Shown here in pieces: positions 49,761 through 58,099 of a stretch of 64,000 bases of DNA. The stretch is from NCBI GenBank assembly GCA_965223295.1, contig CBDCWC010000002.1:1712459-1776458 (forward strand). The letters are read 5' to 3'. The notes under the pieces are model-generated. The model was not told the origin of the DNA, made no database searches, and worked only from the letters and a program-made list of their open reading frames with translations. How positions within the stretch are numbered: the first letter of the stretch is position 1; every line of letters begins with the position of its first letter. Made by a program: the position numbers and the translations under genes. Source of the stretch: Nitrospirales bacterium (GTDB taxonomy: Bacteria; Nitrospirota; Nitrospiria; Nitrospirales; UBA8639).

Positions 49761-50738
49761 TTATTTCATGCCTTGAACCATGGCGCAGGGCTCTAACTCT
49801 TCAACTGCCCGAAACCCAGCATGCTCCATCCATTGTCGACTTTCTTCGATGGTAAAACATTCGCCCTTTTCGGTGTTTACCAAAATATGCACCGCAAAGG
49901 CCGTTGTCCAAGCTGGACTGGTTCGCGACGGATCCAGAAACCGATCTTTAATAATTAATCGACCTTCATCATTCAAGCAGTCATACACTTTTTGAACTAA
50001 TGAGGCATTGGTCTTCCCATCTTGGTAATGCAGAATATCGGACATGAGGGCCACATCATAGGAGCCCTGAAAAGCATCTTCGTGAAAATTACCTGCCTGC
50101 AGTTGAATACGGTCGGATAGTCCCGCCTCATCAACCGACTGCTTCGTCACTTTCAATGTTTCTGAAAGATCAAAAACCGTGGCAGTGAGTTCTGGATATT
50201 CACGACAGAACGCAATGGCATTTGTTCCTGCGCCCCCTCCTACATCTAACATTCGGGGTTTTCCACTCAGTCTCAAACGTTGGGCCAGCGCCGGTCCACT
50301 CCCACGACCAATCCGGTCCAACACCGTCAGTACTTGCGCTCCTATTTCTGGATTGGTCTCAAACACATGCTGTTTGACAGGCGACTCTCCCGTTTTCACC
50401 GCTTGTTCTAATAATCCCCAATGATTCCATTCTGCATTGTGTAAAGACAGCAAATGGCCAACATATTCCGGGCTGGATTGTACCAGATATCGTTCCGCCA
50501 CAGCCGCATTGGCATACATTTTTTCTTCTTTGGTGACAACCCGCATAGCCACCAAGGCATTCATTACCAATTCCAAGGCGCGCGGATTCAGGGCACCCAC
50601 TTCAGCCACCTGACTCACGGTCATCGAAGCTCCCTTAAGGATAGAAAACAGGTCAAGCTGAATAGCGGTGAGAAGAATTTTGGTTTCCCAGTAGTACCCT
50701 ATCTGGAAAATATCAGCGAGGGACAGCTCACGTGGCAC
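49761..50738 (-). CDS. O-methyltransferase (dimerisation + Methyltransf_2)
   Basis: LDVGGGAG, VFDL, GNFH, SDILH; probable GTG start at 50738. Confidence 0.87.
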   Translation of the reverse strand: MPRELSLADIFQIGYYWETKILLTAIQLDLFSILKGASMTVSQVAEVGALNPRALELVMNALVAMRVVTKEEKMYANAAVAERYLVQSSPEYVGHLLSLHNAEWNHWGLLEQAVKTGESPVKQHVFETNPEIGAQVLTVLDRIGRGSGPALAQRLRLSGKPRMLDVGGGAGTNAIAFCREYPELTATVFDLSETLKVTKQSVDEAGLSDRIQLQAGNFHEDAFQGSYDVALMSDILHYQDGKTNASLVQKVYDCLNDEGRLIIKDRFLDPSRTSPAWTTAFAVHILVNTEKGECFTIEESRQWMEHAGFRAVEELEPCAMVQGMK

Positions 50739-50840
50739 ACTAGGCCTCAAGTTCAAAATAATACAGAGACATCGACATCCGTGGTCGATCTTAACGGGGA
50801 CAATATTTGAATGGCAAGGAACTCCGTCGAAGGAAGTCAT

Positions 50841-50882
50841 AGAAAAACGAGGGCAACTAGCTAATCGCTAGTTGCCCTCGTT
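50841..50882 (-). terminator. Intrinsic terminator
   Basis: Perfect 16-bp stem AACGAGGGCAACTAGC / GCTAGTTGCCCTCGTT with a T-run on the minus strand. Confidence 0.8.
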
Positions 50883-50909
50883 GGCAGAACCATTAAATGG
50901 CGTAGGACC

Positions 50910-51725
50910 TTATTTCAATTCGAAATTGGCTTCGGCTGTTCCACCATCAGCCACTTCAACCTCCACAGTGATGGCTTTTTTCCCTCGCGGATCTTTGGCC
51001 ACGACGGGATGGAAGACCGCAACCGTATGCTTCCCGGCTGGCACATCTTTAATTTCAAAGGTCCCATCAGCTCCGGATGTCCCGTAGTGGGGGTTCGTCA
51101 CAGGCAAATACCAACCTTGCATAAACTCGTGTTGGTCACATTGTAACCGTAAGACTGAACCTTTTTTAGACATTTTCAGCTTGACCTTCTTTTCCAGGGA
51201 AGAGCCTTTTTTGGCCAAGCCAATGTTAAACTCCGTGCTGGATCTTGCACCTAATTGATCAAAGCTATGCGGATTGTGCAACACGCCTTCTTTAGACTTT
51301 GGATCATTCGGATCAGCATCGTTATTCTCCACATAGAATAGGCCTTTGCTTACAGCCACTCCGGTAAAAGGTAAGAATTCACAAAGTTCAGATTTGACCT
51401 TTTGGGCTGGTTCTTTACCGAAACCCTTCATCCACGCTTTATCTGTAATGCTGGTGACCGCCACAACCGCATCCTTGAGTCCTTTACTGCCATCCACTTG
51501 GACTTCTTTGAGCAAGCGCGTTTCACCATCGGCACTTTTGTTTGTATTTTTTTTACAAAATTCTACGTTCGGAAATTTTGAAAATGCAAATTCTTTGGGA
51601 GGTGGCACAGTACCTGTAAAGGTAACTTTACCTTTAATCGTTCCACCAGCTTGTGCAACAAGCGGAGCTGCGATGAGCAAGCCACCAACCACCAATGACA
51701 AAGTAAGAGACCGTCGTGTTCTCAT
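50910..51725 (-). CDS. Exported carboxypeptidase-regulatory-like/cupredoxin-like protein
   Basis: Signal peptide, GTIKGKV, HNPH...CDQHEFM, DGTFEIKDVPAG..WHP-like C-terminal module. Confidence 0.8.
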   Translation of the reverse strand: MRTRRSLTLSLVVGGLLIAAPLVAQAGGTIKGKVTFTGTVPPPKEFAFSKFPNVEFCKKNTNKSADGETRLLKEVQVDGSKGLKDAVVAVTSITDKAWMKGFGKEPAQKVKSELCEFLPFTGVAVSKGLFYVENNDADPNDPKSKEGVLHNPHSFDQLGARSSTEFNIGLAKKGSSLEKKVKLKMSKKGSVLRLQCDQHEFMQGWYLPVTNPHYGTSGADGTFEIKDVPAGKHTVAVFHPVVAKDPRGKKAITVEVEVADGGTAEANFELK

Positions 51726-52046
51726 AATTCTTCCTCCTAAAAGTTAAGAAAAGTCGTTCCGCTAACGAGGGTAAATAAACAAATAGGGTATGGGTGCAAT
51801 AAGGCTGTCAACTTGATCCCGGCCAGATTTAGCCAGACAACCTTGAAATGACTTAGTACTAGCAACCACTTCCGTATATATCAGGATTAAAAAAAACCTG
51901 TCAAGAAAACCTTGGCGTTTTTAGGCCATTCGGACTATATATTAGGTCTTTTAATTAGAGTAGCCAGCCCTTGACACATACGCTTCAATTCTTGCTGTAT
52001 TTATAAAAAGATTCAGTGACAAAATTTTTCCTCGAAATTTTGCATG

Positions 52047-54008
52047 TTAGGGAACCGCATCTCTCAACACAGTTAATAATTCGGCGACACCTTCTTTCAT
52101 TTTTTCGGCTTGATACACAGGAGCCAGACAGACCTGATCCGTACAGATATAGGCAGCCGGTTTTTCAACAACATGCGTCGGAAAGGTAATATTACCCCAT
52201 TTCAATGCTCCAGAACCTGGAATAAACGCTTTAACCATTTTTCGAGGACAATAGAGACGTCGCCCTTCTTCTATTAGAGACTGAGTCCTGCCATCATCAG
52301 GCTTACCCACCACAGCAATATGCACTGGTGGCCGGAACCATTCATCAGCCGCTAACCCGATCAAAGCAATAGGAAGCGGTTGTGGCGTGGAGACAACAGA
52401 TTGTAATGTTTGTTCGGCAATAGACCGGTACCTGTCATCATTGGTGAGATGAAAGAGACTCAAATACAGCCGAGCGGCAAGAATATTCTCACTAGCTGGT
52501 TTAGAGGAGATTTTCAAAAGGCCTAATTTGTCTGAAGAGGGGACATGATCAAAAAATCCTCCATCTCGTTGATCTTGCAACAACTCTTGATTCACAAGAG
52601 CTAGGACTTTTGCATCTTTCAACCACTGAACATCTTCTGTCACTTGAAAAGCTTCTACTAAGGCCAAACCCAATCGAATATGGTCTGCCAACATGCCTCG
52701 GAGTATTAACGACCCTGGATTCATACGGTGACTCAAACCCTTCTTTAGGTCAAAATGCTCGACAACTATTCCTTTTAAAACCTTCAGTGCGCGATCCCGC
52801 CATTCCGGTTTCCCAAATACCAAGGAAGCTTGAAGATAAGCACGAGCCATATCGGCATTACTTCCCGAATACTGTTTTCGATCCACCTGGGGATAGCCTC
52901 TTGCCTTTCGATGAATTCCACCCTTAGAAAAATAGTCAGCTCCTGAGACTTTGGTTATGCCCGAAGAATCCCGAACATCGGCATCTTGGCTTTCAAAAAA
53001 CTGTCCGGTTAGGGAATCGGTCAAAAAGGTTTCTACATACTCTATGATACGTAATGCGACGTATTTGTATTCTGAATTTTGAGTCAGATGGAACGCTGCC
53101 ACATAATTCCGAAGATTTTGAGCTTGAATCCCTAGCATTTTCTCATAATGCGGCTGACTCCAATCGGCATATTCCGCATACCGGTAGAACCCACCCCAAA
53201 TAGGATCCAGCAAGGCCACTTGCTTTTCCAAGGTAGTCAGCGCCATGTTCATCAATTCCATATCATGCTCAAAAAACCCGTAGGACAGAGCCAGTTGAAT
53301 CGCTTCCGGCTCAAAAAATTTTGGGTGATGTCGAAACCCTCCATTCACGGGATCAAATTCATTTTTCATCATAGCCACGCTATGACTTACCAAGGTCGGA
53401 CGAAAAGCTCCTTCTTGCGATTGAGTGAGTTGCGGTCTTCTTCGCATGTCTTCCCGCAATTGGGCTGCTTGTTGCTGCAAATCTTCTTTTTCCGAGTCAT
53501 ACAACTCCCTGATCTCTTGAAGAAGCTGAACCATCATTTCCGGTTCAAGAGAATTTGCCTGAAAGAGAATTTCTCCTGTTGGCATCAGAACACTCGTCGT
53601 AGGCCATCCACCGGATCGATAGCGCGCCTCAAGGTCAGGTCGTTGATCAGTGTCGACTCGGATGGCAATAAAATTTTCCTCCAGTAATGCCAGAACCTGC
53701 AGGTTGGCGTAGGTGGTTTGATCCATCACATGGCAGGCATGACACCACACAGCGGTCAAATCCAGAAGAATGAGTTTATCTTCAGACTGAGCCCGATCAA
53801 AGGCCTCTTTTCCCCATTCATACCAATGAAGGCTTGACCGATGATCAGGCTGGTGTGAAAATGCGACGTTTCCTCCATTCAAGAAAAGAGAAAAGGTCAA
53901 ACAGAGAATAATGGCCATCTTCATCACAGCATGAAGAAACGGGAGGCGAAAGGGAAGCCAATCAATAAACATCCCTGAGCAAAAAATTTGAGAAGCCGCA
54001 GGGACCAA
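52047..54008 (-). CDS. YyaL/DUF255 family thioredoxin + (alpha/alpha)6 protein (start uncertain)
   Basis: WCHACHVM, RVDTDQRPD, GGWPT, GGFYRY, PHYEKML, AYICTDQVC. Confidence 0.9.
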   Translation of the reverse strand: MVPAASQIFCSGMFIDWLPFRLPFLHAVMKMAIILCLTFSLFLNGGNVAFSHQPDHRSSLHWYEWGKEAFDRAQSEDKLILLDLTAVWCHACHVMDQTTYANLQVLALLEENFIAIRVDTDQRPDLEARYRSGGWPTTSVLMPTGEILFQANSLEPEMMVQLLQEIRELYDSEKEDLQQQAAQLREDMRRRPQLTQSQEGAFRPTLVSHSVAMMKNEFDPVNGGFRHHPKFFEPEAIQLALSYGFFEHDMELMNMALTTLEKQVALLDPIWGGFYRYAEYADWSQPHYEKMLGIQAQNLRNYVAAFHLTQNSEYKYVALRIIEYVETFLTDSLTGQFFESQDADVRDSSGITKVSGADYFSKGGIHRKARGYPQVDRKQYSGSNADMARAYLQASLVFGKPEWRDRALKVLKGIVVEHFDLKKGLSHRMNPGSLILRGMLADHIRLGLALVEAFQVTEDVQWLKDAKVLALVNQELLQDQRDGGFFDHVPSSDKLGLLKISSKPASENILAARLYLSLFHLTNDDRYRSIAEQTLQSVVSTPQPLPIALIGLAADEWFRPPVHIAVVGKPDDGRTQSLIEEGRRLYCPRKMVKAFIPGSGALKWGNITFPTHVVEKPAAYICTDQVCLAPVYQAEKMKEGVAELLTVLRDAVP

Positions 54009-54027
54009 CGGTCATACGAAAAGTCGC

Positions 54028-55410
54028 TTATATGCCAATCTTGGCATCGAGAATTTTCACGATCGCTGCCGCTGCCGTGACCCGCACGGCATCATCCCCA
54101 TCTCGAAGGGTACGGGTTAAGATAGGGAGCAGATCATGGCCTCCCAACTTCCCCAATGCCCTGACAGCAACAATCCTTGGGCGCGGAATGGGGTCATTTA
54201 ATATGTGCTTCAACGTGGCAATGACCTTTCCACCCTTCCCTTTCCCCAAAGCCTTGGCAGCCCCAGACCGAATGGCAGGATTTTGATCCTGCAACAACGT
54301 ATGAAGAGTTCCTTCTACCACTGAAAACGATGCACCTACGCCTAACAACGACGCAATAGCTGCGGCTTGAACACCAGGATTTTTATCTGCTAACGCTCTA
54401 GTCAATGGTGACAGTACCTGATGAAGTTCGAAATATCCCATACTGTAGGCTGCCACACTTCGAACTGCCGGAACTGGATCAAACAAGGCAGACTTGACCA
54501 TGGTTAGCGTTTCCGGCGTTCGCAATTTCCCCAAAGAAATAATGGCTGCAGCTCGTATGGAGGGCTGTGTATCCCGCGCGGTTTTTTCTAATAAAGGCAA
54601 AGCACGGCGATCCTTTAAATCTCCAAAAGCACGGATCGCTCCTCCTCGCTCATAGCCTTCCTCGCTTTGCGCTCCTTTCTCCAATCGTGCCCAGAACTCT
54701 TTCTGCCCCAATTCATAGAGAACACGAGCTGCGGCAATTTGCACCAAAGCTTGATCGTCTTGAAGCGATTCTCTAATCAAAGGAATGACACCTTTGTCTT
54801 GAGATTTTCCAATACTTTTTACTGCCGTCGCGCGAACGAGCCCTGCTGAATCTTTCAAGGCTTCCCGCAAGGGTTTGGAACGTTGCCCGACCTTGCGTTG
54901 ACCCAAGGCTTCGGCAGCCAACGCCCGGATCATTCCAGATCCATCAGTTAACCCTTCTTCCAAAAATCCAATCATCTCATCCGAGTTAATTTCTTTTAAG
55001 GCCGTATAGACTGCCCCTCGTATCTGTTCCCGCATATCTGCTCGCTTGGACAAAATAATCGCAATAGACATTTGCCGTAAGAGATTTTCATCTTCACGTT
55101 TGGTGGATTGAACCAGTTTTTCATAGGAATCCACGGCCTCGGGTGCCTTACCCATACTAGCCAAAGCCAGAACATGAAGCCGATGAATTCTGGTCGAGCC
55201 CTTTGCGTTTTGGAGAACAGGCTCCACAATCTCCAGCACTTTTGGAAAGTCTTTCTTAGAAAAGGCGGCATTCGCTTGTTCCAGAACCGTCATTGAGGAT
55301 GTTTCTGCCCAGACTTGTCCTGGAACCACCCCGCTTGTGATCAACGTGATGATGCAGACAAGATTCTGAAAAAGAATATGACAACGAGATAAACGTGGCT
55401 TCACGGACAA
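54028..55410 (-). CDS. Exported HEAT/PBS-lyase repeat protein
   Basis: Repeated L.D....VR..AA.ALG units; signal peptide. Confidence 0.87.
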   Translation of the reverse strand: MSVKPRLSRCHILFQNLVCIITLITSGVVPGQVWAETSSMTVLEQANAAFSKKDFPKVLEIVEPVLQNAKGSTRIHRLHVLALASMGKAPEAVDSYEKLVQSTKREDENLLRQMSIAIILSKRADMREQIRGAVYTALKEINSDEMIGFLEEGLTDGSGMIRALAAEALGQRKVGQRSKPLREALKDSAGLVRATAVKSIGKSQDKGVIPLIRESLQDDQALVQIAAARVLYELGQKEFWARLEKGAQSEEGYERGGAIRAFGDLKDRRALPLLEKTARDTQPSIRAAAIISLGKLRTPETLTMVKSALFDPVPAVRSVAAYSMGYFELHQVLSPLTRALADKNPGVQAAAIASLLGVGASFSVVEGTLHTLLQDQNPAIRSGAAKALGKGKGGKVIATLKHILNDPIPRPRIVAVRALGKLGGHDLLPILTRTLRDGDDAVRVTAAAAIVKILDAKIGI

Positions 55411-55416
55411 CCCCCT

Positions 55417-56091
55417 TTACCCTTTCGGGCTTTGAACTTCCTGCGCTTCAATAATTCTATATCCCAATGGCGTTTCAAAATAATAATCTGGCTGGGAGGA
55501 GACAACCACATGCTCATACTCCACGAACCAATCACGATCCTGGCTTAAGAGTTTCAACAGCACGTTTCGGTCAGGGTCAACCCACTCAAAAAACCGTTCC
55601 GTATTACCAATTCGACTCTGTACTTCGACATCGTAGAGTACGGCAGAACGGTCACCTGCCATCGAGTTACCAATTAACGTCCGACTAGTTTCACCTTCCA
55701 ATTTCACAGAAAATGGTAGCAAATACTCAGATGTTAACGGAACACTCACGACCATTCGACGTTCAGATAGGACGTACCAGACTTTTTGCTCATCCAAGCG
55801 AACAATGGTCACGCCAGCATATCCCAACTCCGTTCTAACACCCCCCATATGTTCGATTCGATAACGATCATTTTTGACGAATAATTGGGCTTTCGCCTTG
55901 CGCCCATCCTTTTTCCATATCAGTCTGGCCGAAAATTCTGCAGCACTCGTATCCGGGAAATCTCCTTGCTGTGCCCAACCGACTCGTTGAGAGAGACAGG
56001 TTATGGTGAAAGCCAGGCCGACAACAAGAAAAATCCAAAACCGGTTCGAAGAACTAGGAGAAGGGAAAAAGGAGAGAGTATGCCATCTCAT
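55417..56091 (-). CDS. Exported hypothetical protein (LolA/DUF4412-like beta fold)
   Basis: Signal-like N-terminus; RIE, TIVRLD, FEWVD and YFETPLGY pattern. Confidence 0.65.
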   Translation of the reverse strand: MRWHTLSFFPSPSSSNRFWIFLVVGLAFTITCLSQRVGWAQQGDFPDTSAAEFSARLIWKKDGRKAKAQLFVKNDRYRIEHMGGVRTELGYAGVTIVRLDEQKVWYVLSERRMVVSVPLTSEYLLPFSVKLEGETSRTLIGNSMAGDRSAVLYDVEVQSRIGNTERFFEWVDPDRNVLLKLLSQDRDWFVEYEHVVVSSQPDYYFETPLGYRIIEAQEVQSPKG

Positions 56092-57011
56092 GGCCTTTGA
56101 AGTTCAACCAAAGGCTCAATATGAACGGGGCGTCCTAATGCTTCTGAGGTAAACCTTGCTGGCTTTTGGCGAGTGTGAGCTGTCCACCGTTCAACGGGAG
56201 ATTCTAGGGCAATATCCGCATGAGTGGATTGTGACGGCCTTACCGTCACCATTTGAATCTGTTCGCGTTTCACGCTGGGATGCCACGCCCGTAGACGATA
56301 GGTTCCTGGAGGAATTCCACTAATTTCATAACTCCCCGTTTCACTCGTAAACGTAAAATAGGGATTATCAACAGCAATGGCCCAGCTTTCCATATAGGCA
56401 TGAAACCCACATTGCATCACAAAAGTTTTCCTGCCTTTAGTCAGCTGAAATTGATGGACCATGGACTTTCCTGGCTTATGCTCATGCGTCGCATGCATAT
56501 CTCCCCGATGATGCTTGTGATTAAAGGGAAGCGGGGAATTAAACAAGACACGCGTTCCATGGGTCAATGAAGTTTCGTAAGCCTGGATATCGTGCATGAC
56601 AGGATCCATGTTCACAACTTCAATACCGTGTTCACTGCGAACAACAGTGGTAAATGGAAGGAACTGACAATCTCTAGCTTCGACCTTAGGTATGGATAGG
56701 GCAAAAGGCTTTCCAGCAGTCACGCCCTCTACGACCATGACCACACCTTGCATTTGGTTCTGATCATTTACCACAAAGTCTTTGAGTAACCGCCAGCCTT
56801 TTCCATCAGAAATACGTCCGCAGTATTCAGGATCTGGAAAGGTGATCAAATTATACGCCTTAGGTACAGGAACGACCCCCTTGAGAGTCACCGTCCCCTT
56901 AATGGTTCCTCCTTCACGAACTTCAGCGACCTCATAGGCGAGAACCAAGTAAATCGAATTGGTGAGAAGAAGGAGAAGAAAAATGATAGAAGAAAAAAGA
57001 CGCCTAAACAT
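56088..57011 (-). CDS. Exported carboxypeptidase-regulatory-like/cupredoxin-like protein with a His-rich loop
   Basis: HDIQ...CGFHAYM; HKHHRGDMHATHEH. Confidence 0.8.
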   Translation of the reverse strand: MFRRLFSSIIFLLLLLTNSIYLVLAYEVAEVREGGTIKGTVTLKGVVPVPKAYNLITFPDPEYCGRISDGKGWRLLKDFVVNDQNQMQGVVMVVEGVTAGKPFALSIPKVEARDCQFLPFTTVVRSEHGIEVVNMDPVMHDIQAYETSLTHGTRVLFNSPLPFNHKHHRGDMHATHEHKPGKSMVHQFQLTKGRKTFVMQCGFHAYMESWAIAVDNPYFTFTSETGSYEISGIPPGTYRLRAWHPSVKREQIQMVTVRPSQSTHADIALESPVERWTAHTRQKPARFTSEALGRPVHIEPLVELQRP

Positions 57012-57928
57012 TATGGAACTTGCTTTCGAAGAGATGGAATAATTTTTTCTCCCTCTTCAAGTAATTCCTGCCCAAAACGAGGGTTATCATGCATTTCATG
57101 AGCGCTTCGCCGGCCTTTTGGAGAGGTATATTGAAAGTTCACAGTCGATGTTTTTCCTGCTTCAATTTTCGCCATTTCTTCCAAATAGGTTTTCATGCCA
57201 GGATGCCAGACGACCACTTTATATTCTCCCGGTGGAATATCGGAAAGTTCAAAAACCCCATCTTCCTTGGTAATAGAATAATACGGATTATCCAGTACCA
57301 CCCCCCAGGAAAACATATACGGATGAAACCCGCACTGCATGACGAAAATATTTCTGTTTTTCCGGAGATGAATTTTTTCCACCATTGGCTTTCCAGGCAA
57401 ATGGGTATGAGCATTTTCTCCAAACAATCCCATGACCTTGTGGAAGGGATTCATTGGCAACGGTCGATTAAAGAGGATTCTCGCCCCTCGTTCACGAGCG
57501 GTTTCATATCCTTGAATATCATGTTCGATCGGATCCATATTGATCACCGTGAGTTCGTCGCGATCTTTAATGACGTTCACAAACGGCAAAAAATCACAGT
57601 CAATGGCTTCAACTTCAACTTTTTGAAGGGTAAAGGCTTTTCCTTTTTCAATATCCTTTAACATCACCACGGCATCCTTCAAGGATCCATCCGGGCCAAT
57701 GATAAAATCCTCAACAATTCGCCATCCTGTTCCTGTAGAAATTCGGCCACAATACACCGCATCGGGAATGGTCACCAAATTCATGGCCATAGGCCGAGGT
57801 TTGTCCCCCAATAGCGTGACCTTTCCCTTGAGCGACCCTCCATTTCCTACAGAAATTTCCGTGTATGACCATGCCGGTGTGCTCATGGCCATGCCTGCGA
57901 ACATGAAAACTAGAACCCAAGCAAACAT
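57011..57928 (-). CDS. Exported carboxypeptidase-regulatory-like/cupredoxin-like protein (paralogue)
   Basis: HDIQ...CGFHPYM; strong similarity to 56088-57011. Confidence 0.8.
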   Translation of the reverse strand: MFAWVLVFMFAGMAMSTPAWSYTEISVGNGGSLKGKVTLLGDKPRPMAMNLVTIPDAVYCGRISTGTGWRIVEDFIIGPDGSLKDAVVMLKDIEKGKAFTLQKVEVEAIDCDFLPFVNVIKDRDELTVINMDPIEHDIQGYETARERGARILFNRPLPMNPFHKVMGLFGENAHTHLPGKPMVEKIHLRKNRNIFVMQCGFHPYMFSWGVVLDNPYYSITKEDGVFELSDIPPGEYKVVVWHPGMKTYLEEMAKIEAGKTSTVNFQYTSPKGRRSAHEMHDNPRFGQELLEEGEKIIPSLRKQVP

Positions 57929-58034
57929 GTTACGAACCTCCTCAAATTAACCAAGTATGTAATCTCAATCGGCAGACCAGAAAGAATACCTTAAACAATA
58001 AATGCATACCCATAGAATAACATGGAATAGCTCG

Positions 58035-58074
58035 AAAAAAAAAAAGCGGGGAAGCCTTCCGACTCCCCCGCTTT
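58035..58074 (-). terminator. Intrinsic terminator of the multicopper oxidase gene
   Basis: Stem AAAGCGGGG...CCCCGCTTT with a long T-run on the minus strand. Confidence 0.75.
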
Positions 58075-58099
58075 GTTCTCTTCCCTATTATCTACAAAC

